Assembly: GCA_964581515.1 (NCBI GenBank)
Contig: CAZOOV010000007.1
Span: forward strand, 12,698-76,697
Length of the DNA: 64,000 bases
Source of the DNA: an uncultured Methanosarcinales archaeon
Lineage (GTDB): Archaea; Nanobdellota; Nanobdellia; Woesearchaeales; JACJVV01
Reading direction: 5' to 3'
In this document: in pieces, positions 30,771 to 40,664 of the stretch
Layout of the letters: each line of letters opens with the position of its first letter
Numbering within the stretch: the stretch's first letter is position 1
Program-made: the position numbers and the translations under genes
Notes under the pieces: generated by a model
Told to the model about the DNA's origin: nothing
Seen by the model: only the letters and a program-made list of their open reading frames with translations
The model's database searches: none

Positions 30771-31848
30771 TGATAATAAGACGGTAGACAATAAGAAGAC
30801 AGCAGGCTTAGAAGATGTTACGAGAGGAGGGACAAAAGATAATGACAAAGGAAGGAAAGCACTTCCTAAACTAGACCTAAATATAACAAACAACTGCAAT
30901 TATAGGTGTGTGCATTGTGCTTTTGATTCTGGGCAGTGGGCTCTTCCTGAGCTTTCTCTTGAAGAACTCCGGAAGATACTTACCGATACAAGAGAATTAG
31001 GGGGAGAAAGGTTTGACATCACCGGTGGAGAGCCTCTTGTAAGAAAAGACGTAGGAGAAATAATAAGCATTGGAAAAGAATTAGGATACAAGATTGAACT
31101 TGTTACAAATGGTTCACTCCTGACTCTTGAGAAAATTGTTGATTTTAAGGCAAGAGGGCTTGATTCAATTGCAATGAGCATCGATGGTCCTGATTATGAG
31201 ACCTACAGTAGGATAAGGCTTGTTGATGAAGCAACTTATCAAAAGGTTATGAAGGCAGTTGATGATGTGCTTGATAATGATATTGCACTCAAGATAAATA
31301 CTGTTGCTTTTCAGTCAAACTACAAATCCATTCCTGAAATAACGAAATGGTGCATCGATAAAGGTGTTGCAGAACATGGCCTATATTATTATACTGCAAT
31401 TGGTAGAGGAGAAAGAAATAATGAACTTAGTGTGGATCCTAATGGATGGATTGATTTTGTAAGAAATGAATTGTATCCCTTGAGCGACAGGATGAAGATA
31501 TCATGTGAATTCCCTTTCATAGGTGATGATAAATTGCAGGACAAGGAAACAAGATGTCTTGCTGATGCTGAACAATACCACCTCCAGATACTTCCTGATG
31601 GAAATGTGTATCCCTGCGCAATAATGGCTTCATATCAATTGCCTATTGCAAATCTCCATGAAATTTCTGTTAAGGATATATGGAAAAATAAAGATATGTG
31701 GGATAATTATTGGACAAAAGCAAATGGAATATTTTGTGAGAATAAAGGATGCTGTGTTGATTTTAGTGATTCTTTTGACGTCGCAAAATATGATGATTGT
31801 AAGTTTGTCTGTCCACTTAGGAAATTCTATCCAGGTGATATAGTATGA
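30763..31848 (+). CDS. Radical SAM/SPASM protein 2
   Basis: CNYRCVHC, TGGEP, TNGS, SIDG, C...DGNVYPC. SD GGAGG before ATG 30763; overlaps the previous gene. Confidence 0.9.
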   Translation: MADDNKTVDNKKTAGLEDVTRGGTKDNDKGRKALPKLDLNITNNCNYRCVHCAFDSGQWALPELSLEELRKILTDTRELGGERFDITGGEPLVRKDVGEIISIGKELGYKIELVTNGSLLTLEKIVDFKARGLDSIAMSIDGPDYETYSRIRLVDEATYQKVMKAVDDVLDNDIALKINTVAFQSNYKSIPEITKWCIDKGVAEHGLYYYTAIGRGERNNELSVDPNGWIDFVRNELYPLSDRMKISCEFPFIGDDKLQDKETRCLADAEQYHLQILPDGNVYPCAIMASYQLPIANLHEISVKDIWKNKDMWDNYWTKANGIFCENKGCCVDFSDSFDVAKYDDCKFVCPLRKFYPGDIV

Positions 31849-32546
31849 ATTATCCTGGTAATAAGCAAGGCAGGCATCCTTTGATTGTATTCGAAGGGCT
31901 TGATTGTACTGGCAAGACTAGCATTGCTACAAGAGTAGCTGAGATGTTAAGTGATGATAAGGATAATAAAAATGATGAGAGTGATAAAAGAGAAGTAATG
32001 TATAATAAAACAAGACAAAGAATATCGAAGAAATTTCCAGTAGGTTTAGCATATCTAACAGATGAGTTAATCAATGATTATCTTGTTATGAGGCCTAATT
32101 TGAATCATAGATCTGTTATTCAAGATAGATCTTTTTTCTCTACACTCACATATAATGCAGCAATAACAGGTAGTAAGGTGTTAAGAGCTTCAAAATATTT
32201 GTTTACAAAACCAAATCTTGTTGTTTATCTTACAGCGAGTGATGAAGTTAGAGCTGATAGAAGTGTAGAGAGAGGAAGACAAGGGTTTACTAGGATATTT
32301 GATGACCTTGAGCTTGCACATAGGGTAGAAGAGGAGTATAAAGAGATGTTAAGTGATTATAATCATATTATTGTTGATACTAGTAAATTGAGATTAGATG
32401 AAAGTATTGAAATTGTACAGGAGAAAGTAGAGGATTATTTGAGCAATTATCAAAGCAATCGATTAAAATTTTTTACTCTTAATTTTAACTCTTTTTCAGT
32501 AGATACGCATACGAATTTTTATAAATTACAGGAGGATTTGATCTAA
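31845..32546 (+). CDS. Thymidylate (dTMP) kinase-like protein
   Basis: IVFEGLDCTGKTS, QDRSFFST, KPNLVVYL; ATGA overlap with the previous gene. Confidence 0.8.
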   Translation: MNYPGNKQGRHPLIVFEGLDCTGKTSIATRVAEMLSDDKDNKNDESDKREVMYNKTRQRISKKFPVGLAYLTDELINDYLVMRPNLNHRSVIQDRSFFSTLTYNAAITGSKVLRASKYLFTKPNLVVYLTASDEVRADRSVERGRQGFTRIFDDLELAHRVEEEYKEMLSDYNHIIVDTSKLRLDESIEIVQEKVEDYLSNYQSNRLKFFTLNFNSFSVDTHTNFYKLQEDLI

Positions 32547-32547
32547 G

Positions 32548-34308
32548 ATGACAAAAGAATTAATAGTGGGTTTTCCAGTAAATGAGTTTTCATTATGTGA
32601 TAAATTATTTGGCAAGCCGTATTTCTTCAATCAAAATGGTGGGCTTGAAGAATGGGCAAAATCTATGGAAGGAGGATTTCTTGAACAGCATTTCCAGACA
32701 GTCAGTGAGATAAACAGAATACTTGATTCACCTGAAAGATTATCTGAATTCAAGGCAAAGATTGACGAATATAGGGAGAATGCACTCGAAGTCACTATGC
32801 ACGCACCTTTTCTTAAGGCACATTCAGATGATCCTGATAAACAGAGTTTTCTTGGTTTTGATTTTGAATGGTTAGTTGCGCCTGTAGAGTATAAGGATAA
32901 ACCCATTAAAGATTTTTATGTAGGAGAGAACAGCCATAAGAAACATATCCAGATAGGTTGTCTCGAAGCAAAGATAGAAGATATGAAAAGAACAATTGAT
33001 CTTGCTTCTGTTGCTGGCATAGAGATGCTTACAGTGCATGTTGCTGTTCCAGGAATATTTCTCAATGATAATGATTTTCAGAGGTATACTGATAAGATAT
33101 GCGAGCTTGCTGATTATATCCGGGATGGTGATAAAAATGTCCAGCTTGCTGTAGAGACAGGTGGTGTTAGAGTTAGTCAGATGCGTAAGCTTTACAAGGA
33201 TACAAAAGAAAGAACAGGTTATGAAATTGCATATAATTTAGACACTGCACACATGCTACTAGATACTATGGAATCTGCCAAGATACGGTTAAAAGAAACT
33301 ATGAGTCCAGAAGATGGGCAAAAAAAAGTAGAAGCTATGATTCCGCGTATCAATAAGTTTGTCAATGCATTTTATGAACGAGAAAAGGATAAGATTGAAG
33401 TTGTCCATTTGACTCAGACTGGTCTTTGGGCTGACCTTCATATGGGGATAGAAGATGATCTTGGAATATTGACATGTAATGAAGGAGTCATAAAGGCTGC
33501 TAATGAAGAATTTGTAGAGAAAGGAGTTAAGAGATATCTTATGATTGAGTCTCAACCATCAAATGAAGGAGTACTACATTTCATTAAAGCAAAAGCAGGA
33601 GAGATTAGTGATGCTCGAAGGCAAGGAAATGATTATACTTTATCTGTATTCATGGGCAGACCATGCAACGGCAAATCACAAGCTCTTGACATCTTAAGGG
33701 ATAATGGGTATTTTACAGAAGATGCAAGCATCATAAGATCAGATGTACTTAGGGAGAAATATGCAGTAGAGGCATTCTCTGTCAATGAATGGGTTCCAAG
33801 AGAGAGAAGACAAATTGTCTATAATGAAGGTTTTAGAAGAGCTGGTCTTAGCATGATGCTCAAAAGAGGAACAGTGTTTGATGCTACTTTTGATATGAGA
33901 GACAATAGAGAGAAACTTTATGGTCTTGCAGTTGAGAATGGAATCAAAGATGTGTACATGCTTGATTTTTATTGTGAACCTGGAGAAGCTATTGAAAGAA
34001 TAAAAAGTAGAGATCAAACTCTACTACTGGAAGAAGCAAATGGAAATAATCCTGAAGGACATTTATGTATGAGAAATCCACAAAAGTATGGGCGCTTTGA
34101 GATGGAATTTGAAGATATGGATCATGAAGCAGAAGCACAATCATTACAAGGTGTTGAGCTCCACACCATATGTATAGATACTTCAAGCAATGCTAGAAAA
34201 ATAACAATATCCAATCCAGACCAAAGGTCAATGATGATGGCAAAGATTCTTGCTGGTGAATATAAGAAAATGTATAAAGCAGATTATTCTGTTGAGCAAG
34301 TCATGTAA
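32548..34308 (+). CDS. Fusion of a xylose-isomerase/AP-endonuclease-2-like TIM barrel and an AAA_33-like P-loop kinase
   Basis: N half: HAPF, TVH, AVE, LDTAH, VHL, DLH, MIE. C half: MGRPCNGKS, IRSDVLR, VFDATF. Confidence 0.75.
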   Translation: MTKELIVGFPVNEFSLCDKLFGKPYFFNQNGGLEEWAKSMEGGFLEQHFQTVSEINRILDSPERLSEFKAKIDEYRENALEVTMHAPFLKAHSDDPDKQSFLGFDFEWLVAPVEYKDKPIKDFYVGENSHKKHIQIGCLEAKIEDMKRTIDLASVAGIEMLTVHVAVPGIFLNDNDFQRYTDKICELADYIRDGDKNVQLAVETGGVRVSQMRKLYKDTKERTGYEIAYNLDTAHMLLDTMESAKIRLKETMSPEDGQKKVEAMIPRINKFVNAFYEREKDKIEVVHLTQTGLWADLHMGIEDDLGILTCNEGVIKAANEEFVEKGVKRYLMIESQPSNEGVLHFIKAKAGEISDARRQGNDYTLSVFMGRPCNGKSQALDILRDNGYFTEDASIIRSDVLREKYAVEAFSVNEWVPRERRQIVYNEGFRRAGLSMMLKRGTVFDATFDMRDNREKLYGLAVENGIKDVYMLDFYCEPGEAIERIKSRDQTLLLEEANGNNPEGHLCMRNPQKYGRFEMEFEDMDHEAEAQSLQGVELHTICIDTSSNARKITISNPDQRSMMMAKILAGEYKKMYKADYSVEQVM

Positions 34309-34381
34309 CAATATAATAAACACCATCCATGTAGTTATAATAAGCAAAAAATACATAAATGGTACGACTTGTTTCTTTTTT

Positions 34382-35395
34382 ATGAATAAAGTATTAATTG
34401 CAGAACAGATCGATAAAATACTGGAGAACATAGACATTAACAGGCTGGGCAATAATGTCGGCATAAAGGTGCATTTTGGAGAGAAAGGATGCAACACTTA
34501 CATTGACCCTGCTCTTGTTAAGGCAGCATATGATAAGGTTGTTTCTTTAGGTAAGAAATGCACACTGATTGAGACAAATGTCCTGTATAGAGGGAGCAGG
34601 ACAAATACTACTGATCATCTAAAGACAGCAAAGTCTCATGGATTTGATTTTGCACCTATTGATATTCTTGATGGAGAGATGGGGGATGAGTTTATAGAAG
34701 TCAAACTAGATAAAGGACTCGCTAATCCTGTTAAGATTGCGAAAGGAGTAGAGAAATATGATTCTATGATTGTACTGACACATTTCAAAGGTCACATTGC
34801 AGCAGGTTATGGTGGTGCTTTCAAAAATATAGGTATGGGTATGGGTTCACGTGCAGGAAAACTGCACATGCATTCTAATGTAAGTCCTGTAATTAACAAA
34901 GAACCTTGTACTGGTTGTGGTATTTGTGTGAAAAATTGTGATTTTGATGCAATTACTATCATTGATGGAAAAGCAGAAATCAATCCTGATAAATGTGTAG
35001 GGTGCGCTATGTGCATAGCAGTATGTCCTGTTCAGGCACCTCAAGTTCCTTGGATGGGCTCTACACATGAAGAATTACAAAAGAAAATTGTCGATTATGC
35101 ACGAGGAGTTATTGAGACTATTGGGAAAGATAAAATAGTTTATATTAATGTTATGAAAACAATAACACCTGAATGTGATTGCATGGGTATTGAGCAAGAA
35201 CCTATGATGGATGATGTAGGAGTTCTTATGGGTGATGACCCTGTTGCTATTGATAAAGCATGTCTTGATCTGGCTGAAGAAAAATCTGCAGGTAAATTTG
35301 ATAAGGTTAATTCTATTGATAAGAGTGTGCAGGTTGAATATGCATGCGAGAAAGGATTGGGTTCTAAGGAATATGAATTGGTTAAGTTAGATTAG
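34382..35395 (+). CDS. DUF362 family protein with 2x[4Fe-4S] ferredoxin insert
   Basis: KVHFGE, THFKGH, GGAFKNIGMG, CTGCGICVKNC/CVGCAMCIAVCP, CDC, DPVAID. Confidence 0.9.
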   Translation: MNKVLIAEQIDKILENIDINRLGNNVGIKVHFGEKGCNTYIDPALVKAAYDKVVSLGKKCTLIETNVLYRGSRTNTTDHLKTAKSHGFDFAPIDILDGEMGDEFIEVKLDKGLANPVKIAKGVEKYDSMIVLTHFKGHIAAGYGGAFKNIGMGMGSRAGKLHMHSNVSPVINKEPCTGCGICVKNCDFDAITIIDGKAEINPDKCVGCAMCIAVCPVQAPQVPWMGSTHEELQKKIVDYARGVIETIGKDKIVYINVMKTITPECDCMGIEQEPMMDDVGVLMGDDPVAIDKACLDLAEEKSAGKFDKVNSIDKSVQVEYACEKGLGSKEYELVKLD

Positions 35396-35409
35396 TTGGA
35401 TTAGAAATA

Positions 35410-36450
35410 TTAGTTTGTGTTGGTTCTGGTTGCTATTATATTATGGCTTGGACAATTGTAAAAACCAGGTCCATTCATATAGAGGTTCTCGAAAATTCTT
35501 GCTTGAAATCCATTCTTTTCAAGATGGTCCTTTTGTGCTAGTGCAAATAAAAGTTTTAGTGTGTTTGCAAAATATCTTTCTGAAGGTTTTTGAGTATCAT
35601 ATTTCTGATTCATGAGGTCTGCTACACTACTATCTGGATCATAGATGAGATCAATTACTTTTGATGTTTCTGCCTCAGACATATGTGATGAAAGAAAGTT
35701 TCTCATGAGTCCATATGCTCGAGAATCAGGTTTTATCATTTCTAATGCTGAATTGTTGAAGTAAACTTTTTCTGCTTCTAGTTCAATTGCTAATTGTGCA
35801 GTTATATTACCAAGTCCAATAGGATTTCTCATACCCATCATAAATACTCTTTTTCCTTGTGTATCTATTGGTAGGGTGTAAGAATCGAGAGATAATTTAC
35901 TGTGAACATATCTTACATTATGATATCCATTTACTTGTAATAGTTTATTGAAAGTTGCCTGTGCATCATCTGTTATTGGAACTTTCACTTTGAATTCTTC
36001 GCCGGCAATATCATTTCTAGGAAATACTTTGTAGAGCTCTGCTTTTTCAAGCTCAGCTCTGCCATATTTATCCACCATTACAACCTGTAAGTTTGGTTTT
36101 GCTCTAGCTAAAGGTCTTGTAAGCCTTCTACCCATCCCAGAACCAATATCAATCAGCATACAATCTTCACTGTCTGGTATATCTTTTAATGGAGTCTTCT
36201 CAAAATCCTTATTGAACATATCAGGCAATTCAATATGATTATAATCATTCTCATAAACTTCTTCACCAAGTAGTTCTGGTTGGAAATGATTAGGGTCAGC
36301 CCTATACCAAGGGTAAGATTGAGCTAGAGGAGTCATAAAACCAGCTTGATCTTCTGCTCTGAAATCAGGAGCTTTTCCTGGTTCATCAAGATGACCATAT
36401 TTCTTTAGGAATCTTACTGCTCGTTCTGTCAATTGAGTTAAGTTTAACAT
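35410..36450 (-). CDS. Methyltransferase-like hypothetical protein
   Basis: LIDIGSGMG...VVMVD, resembling SAM-binding motifs I and II. Confidence 0.55.
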   Translation of the reverse strand: MLNLTQLTERAVRFLKKYGHLDEPGKAPDFRAEDQAGFMTPLAQSYPWYRADPNHFQPELLGEEVYENDYNHIELPDMFNKDFEKTPLKDIPDSEDCMLIDIGSGMGRRLTRPLARAKPNLQVVMVDKYGRAELEKAELYKVFPRNDIAGEEFKVKVPITDDAQATFNKLLQVNGYHNVRYVHSKLSLDSYTLPIDTQGKRVFMMGMRNPIGLGNITAQLAIELEAEKVYFNNSALEMIKPDSRAYGLMRNFLSSHMSEAETSKVIDLIYDPDSSVADLMNQKYDTQKPSERYFANTLKLLFALAQKDHLEKNGFQARIFENLYMNGPGFYNCPSHNIIATRTNTN

Positions 36451-36561
36451 AATTATGAGGTTGTAAAACGCCTTATAAATCTAATGGTTAATATTAGAAA
36501 TAAGGGATAATTCGAGATTAGGAATCATTAGAAATATGGGATTGCATATATCAGAATTTGT

Positions 36562-37011
36562 TCATTCTTCGAATTTGATATCAGGTACTGCATATCTAAG
36601 GATAATATTTACACCAATTCTTTTGATATATTTAGCTTTAATAGTATAAGATTTACCTAAAGAATGCTTTTTTACTATTATCGCTATGAGTTTATTATCT
36701 GGATATTCTTCTACATCTGACACAATCCCTACACTCTTGCCGTGTTTATCAAATACTTCCATGCCTTTTAATTTAGGGTGTGGTGATTGATTCAGAAAGA
36801 CAGAGTCAATACCAAAATTGCTGATTAAGTCAAGACCAATGAAGAGATCTGCTTTCATAAAGCCTTGATCAACAAGTATACCAAGAATTCTTTTTGTCTT
36901 CTTGTCTATCTTCAACTGCTGGACAATCCCTATCCTATCCCCATCAATATCGACGACGTCTTTTCCAAGTATATCATCAGAAGTTATAACTTCTTTTTCT
37001 TTGCTTATCAT
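36562..37011 (-). CDS. Tandem PRC-barrel protein
   Basis: ILGKDVVDIDGDRIGIV and LKGMEVFDKHGKSVGIV. Confidence 0.88.
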   Translation of the reverse strand: MISKEKEVITSDDILGKDVVDIDGDRIGIVQQLKIDKKTKRILGILVDQGFMKADLFIGLDLISNFGIDSVFLNQSPHPKLKGMEVFDKHGKSVGIVSDVEEYPDNKLIAIIVKKHSLGKSYTIKAKYIKRIGVNIILRYAVPDIKFEE

Positions 37012-37451
37012 TTTTGAATTACTTTGTTAAGAATTATATTCTTTCCAATAATTCCAATATCTGACTTTGGAATTGTCCTTGAAGGTGTAAAAAGATTTTT
37101 CTTGACAAGAAGACTCTCAAAGTCATTAAGATGTGTGTTTCTTGTTATTCTTTTGACTTTTCCAAGTTTCTTTCCATCCTTATCAAAAACATCTCTTCTT
37201 AATAATGTAGTGATTGGATTTATCTTAAGGATGATTGAATCAGAATTGAACTCATCTATGTAAGAACGATCTATCAACATTTTTTTAGTCTTAAAGATAC
37301 CCCATACATATATACCCATTATGTTATTTGCATCAAAAGCTATGTCTTTTACTCTACCTATTATCTCTCCATTCTCGCAGATTACTTTCTTGCCAATTAT
37401 TGCTTTAAGGCTGAAGTCTGTCTTCAGTTGTCTTGCGCTTATTACTTCCAT
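37008..37451 (-). CDS. Tandem PRC-barrel protein
   Basis: IIGKKVICENGEIIGRV and DVFDKDGKKLGKV. Confidence 0.88.
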   Translation of the reverse strand: MEVISARQLKTDFSLKAIIGKKVICENGEIIGRVKDIAFDANNIMGIYVWGIFKTKKMLIDRSYIDEFNSDSIILKINPITTLLRRDVFDKDGKKLGKVKRITRNTHLNDFESLLVKKNLFTPSRTIPKSDIGIIGKNIILNKVIQK

Positions 37452-37533
37452 ATTAATGACCTCTTATGATTGCATATATAAATCTTATATATAAAAAGTT
37501 TACTTTAATTTATTCTAGTCTCATATCTTTGAT

Positions 37534-38157
37534 TTATTTTAAGATCGTGCTGAACACTGCTAATAATGCCATATATTTGAGCATCTGCCCAAGCATAGTG
37601 AATATCAATAATCTTAATTTATTGTATTTGAAGACTCCAAGTATGAAAGTTACTTGTTGTGATGGAAGGAATGGAATTATGTTTGCAACAAGTATTGCAA
37701 GCTTGCCATGCCTATTGATTATTGATTTAATCTTATAGAACTTTCTTGGAGAGACAAGACGTTTTGCAATTTTTGATAATTTAAGCCCAATAAGATAATC
37801 TATTGAATAGGATACAAGTATTCCAATAATAAATATGGTGAATAAAACTAGTCCGTTATTATTTTGTAATGCTGGAACGAAATAACCTTCCATTGGAACG
37901 AATATGAAGAACATACCACCAAAAAATGCCACATAAAGTGAACCAAGCATAGTCCAGTTAGTTATATGAAATTTTACATGAGTAAAAAAGTCTGCAAGAA
38001 ATGAATTCTGAAGCAAAGCCATATCTCTTAGAAAAACAATGTATGTCAGAATAATTAAGACTGCAACTGCAGAGAATATTATTAAAGCCAAGCCTTCTAA
38101 TTTCTTTTTTTTTGAATTCAGCTCTAAAACAAGATTTTTTGCTAGTTCTATTGCCAT
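37534..38157 (-). CDS. DedA/VTT family membrane protein
   Basis: IFVPME, YLIG, IIPFLP, GVFKYN...TMLGQMLKY. Confidence 0.8.
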   Translation of the reverse strand: MAIELAKNLVLELNSKKKKLEGLALIIFSAVAVLIILTYIVFLRDMALLQNSFLADFFTHVKFHITNWTMLGSLYVAFFGGMFFIFVPMEGYFVPALQNNNGLVLFTIFIIGILVSYSIDYLIGLKLSKIAKRLVSPRKFYKIKSIINRHGKLAILVANIIPFLPSQQVTFILGVFKYNKLRLLIFTMLGQMLKYMALLAVFSTILK

Positions 38158-38233
38158 GTCAACAGCTGAAGTTATTGATTTTATATGTGTTTCTGAGAAA
38201 TAGCATAATCAGTGGAATTATAAGATTGATACA

Positions 38234-38788
38234 TCATTTATCAAGGTCTAGAATATTCTCAAGTGATGCTCTTTGAGATATTATATATTCTCCTGCTTCG
38301 TTTATTGCATCTCTCAATAACCACCCTCCATATATCACAAATCCTGCAATGATTATTGCAGTTGCATAACCTAATCCTCTCTTCAATCTGCTTGTTGTCT
38401 CAAGCGTACATGAAAATTCCAAAGATCTAGAACCTCTAAATGAACGATGGTTTGCAGTCGTAATCATAGAACAATTCCTTTCATCATATTCATATCCTGG
38501 AACGCGTGCAGAGTATCTTGTCAATTGAGCTAAAGTTTTTTGTTTCCATCTTTTTGATCGTACCATGTCAGGCATCAATGCTGCTCTTTCATCTACACGT
38601 GCCTTTATCTGATCCATATACCGTCGTCCCATCCTGCTATAATATACTTTCTTCTCAAAATAGAACGGTTCATGGGAATGATCTATCAGATTGTCTAAAT
38701 GCTCATGTGTAAGCTGAGGTCTGTATGGATCATCATAAGGATTATTCTTTGCAACATCATTTTTTGATCTAGCAACAGGGATTTTCAG
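38234..38788 (-). CDS. Hypothetical protein with C-terminal TM; probable CTG start coupled to the ATPase gene
   Basis: The frame is open 52 codons upstream of ATG 38632. CTG at 38788 overlaps the upstream stop (CTGA) just after AGGAGG. Confidence 0.6.
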   Translation of the reverse strand: MKIPVARSKNDVAKNNPYDDPYRPQLTHEHLDNLIDHSHEPFYFEKKVYYSRMGRRYMDQIKARVDERAALMPDMVRSKRWKQKTLAQLTRYSARVPGYEYDERNCSMITTANHRSFRGSRSLEFSCTLETTSRLKRGLGYATAIIIAGFVIYGGWLLRDAINEAGEYIISQRASLENILDLDK

Positions 38789-40497
38789 CCGCCTCCTATC
38801 TGAGATTCAATCATCTCATTTGTCTTCTGTATCAATAAAGATCGGTAGTCCCTAAAATAGCTTGGAGGAAGTTCTCTCATTATCTCTCCAGGAGAAGTCA
38901 TCTGGTCAAATAATAGATATAATGCATTTAGTGCAAAAGGTTTTTGCTCTCCTCTTTTGAATATTTCTTTCATCTTTATTCTTCCCATTGGATCCTTATT
39001 GCATATATCAGCTATTGCAAGTGCATGTTCTTCATCATCCTGCTGATGGATATATAATTCAATGATCGGTTTTCGGCCGTAAAATCCTGTGCCTTCGCAA
39101 GTAGGACAAAGATTACCATTCATCTTCCCTGTGCTTTCTGCAACTTCAGGAATCATCTTCCTTGCCATGAATTCCTCATATTCTTTATCTTTCTCACCTT
39201 CTTTTGGAGGTTGGAAGAAATATTTAACTTCATCATCGCTCATCTGTCTGGTTGTAAGGCAATCAGGACAATTCTTTCTTATCAATATTTGAGAGATTAC
39301 ACCTAAAAGTGAATCATTCATTATTGCACCGTCGACGCCAAGGGCAGCCAGTCTTGTCATGGCACTGACTGCACCTTTTGCATGCATCGTAGACACCATT
39401 AAGTGTCCTGTTTGGGAGGTATCGAAGAGGTATTTGGCAGTATTACTGTCTCTTGCCTCTCCTATCATTATGACATCTGGAGCTTGCCTTAAACAATTCT
39501 TAAGGGCAGTATAATAAGATAATAGATTCTCCCCTAGATCCTCTTGTTCTTTTGCAACTACTTGGAATGGTAGTGCACCTCTAAGTCTGTATTCTACAGG
39601 ATCCTCAAATGTTATCTGTTTCTCTTCATAATTTGTCATCTCTGCCATCTCATTAAGAAGACTGCCAACAGTCGTACTTTTTCCTGTGCCTGTCTTTCCT
39701 GTAACAAGAATGACTCCGCTCTTCTCTTTAATTAGGTCTTTTACATTTGTTTCATCTTCTTTATTGAATCCTAAATCACCTAATGTGAACTCTATATCCT
39801 CTGTTTTTAGTATCCTTATGACAACGCTATCTAATTTCTTTCTGGATGTGCCTTGTGCTGCACCTGAATTTGTCTGCATCGCTGATACCCTATAGAATGT
39901 CTCAGAATTCTCTCCATTATAGAAACTTCCTTCTGTTGCAACTTTGCTTTGCTTCCTGCTTTCTTTTTCTACAATCTTTTCTTCAAGATGCGTTGTAAGC
40001 TTTTCCAACTGGTCAAGTGTGAGACTGGCAATATCTCTTAGCCTGCCATCAATCTTCATCTGTACTACGCCTGTACTGCATCTGGTTCTAGGATTGGGAC
40101 ATATATATACATCAGAACACCTCATTTCCTCTCCTACCTTGAGAAGTTCGCTGGCATATTCTTCTGTTTTTGAAGGATCACCAATACCATATCCAAGATC
40201 CTTTTTGCCTAATGCATCTTCAAGGTTCAATACCTCTCTCAGGAATGCAGATGCTGTAACCTGTTCTGCATCGACTTGTTCTACTTTTACGCCCTTCTCT
40301 TGAAGTATGAACATCAGCTTGTCCTGGAGCTCAATATCATCGGGATTGCCTTTGTATGTTATCAGATGTAATCTCTTGCCTGTTGTTCCGTCTTCGATCT
40401 TCTTTAGTAAGAAATCCTTAAGCTGTTGGTTGCTATCAGTTGCACCTAAATATGCATTATGTAGTTCTACTTCATCATCAATTGCCATATATAACAC
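38785..40497 (-). CDS. PilB/GspE family secretion or pilus ATPase
   Basis: Walker A GKTGTGKST, EDPVEY, LRQAPDVIMIGEARD, TGHLMVSTMH, Zn motif CPDC...CPTCEGTGFYGR. Confidence 0.9.
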   Translation of the reverse strand: MLYMAIDDEVELHNAYLGATDSNQQLKDFLLKKIEDGTTGKRLHLITYKGNPDDIELQDKLMFILQEKGVKVEQVDAEQVTASAFLREVLNLEDALGKKDLGYGIGDPSKTEEYASELLKVGEEMRCSDVYICPNPRTRCSTGVVQMKIDGRLRDIASLTLDQLEKLTTHLEEKIVEKESRKQSKVATEGSFYNGENSETFYRVSAMQTNSGAAQGTSRKKLDSVVIRILKTEDIEFTLGDLGFNKEDETNVKDLIKEKSGVILVTGKTGTGKSTTVGSLLNEMAEMTNYEEKQITFEDPVEYRLRGALPFQVVAKEQEDLGENLLSYYTALKNCLRQAPDVIMIGEARDSNTAKYLFDTSQTGHLMVSTMHAKGAVSAMTRLAALGVDGAIMNDSLLGVISQILIRKNCPDCLTTRQMSDDEVKYFFQPPKEGEKDKEYEEFMARKMIPEVAESTGKMNGNLCPTCEGTGFYGRKPIIELYIHQQDDEEHALAIADICNKDPMGRIKMKEIFKRGEQKPFALNALYLLFDQMTSPGEIMRELPPSYFRDYRSLLIQKTNEMIESQIGGG

Positions 40498-40664
40498 CTA
40501 TTTTACTTTTTTTAATGTTTACTTAGGAAATATATGCAGACAATTAATTTCTATTGCGGACAAAGTACACAGTGTACACAAAAAAGTTTCAAAAGGAATT
40601 AATAATTAAATTATTGATGAAACCTTATTAAAAATTTATAAAGCACAGGAGCATCTTGATATTT

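Noticed and set aside
30763..31848. Prokaryotic viperin
   Set aside because: It shares only generic rSAM motifs, lacks the viperin N-x-H motif before CxxxCxxC, and has a SPASM-type C-terminus. Kept only as an analogy.
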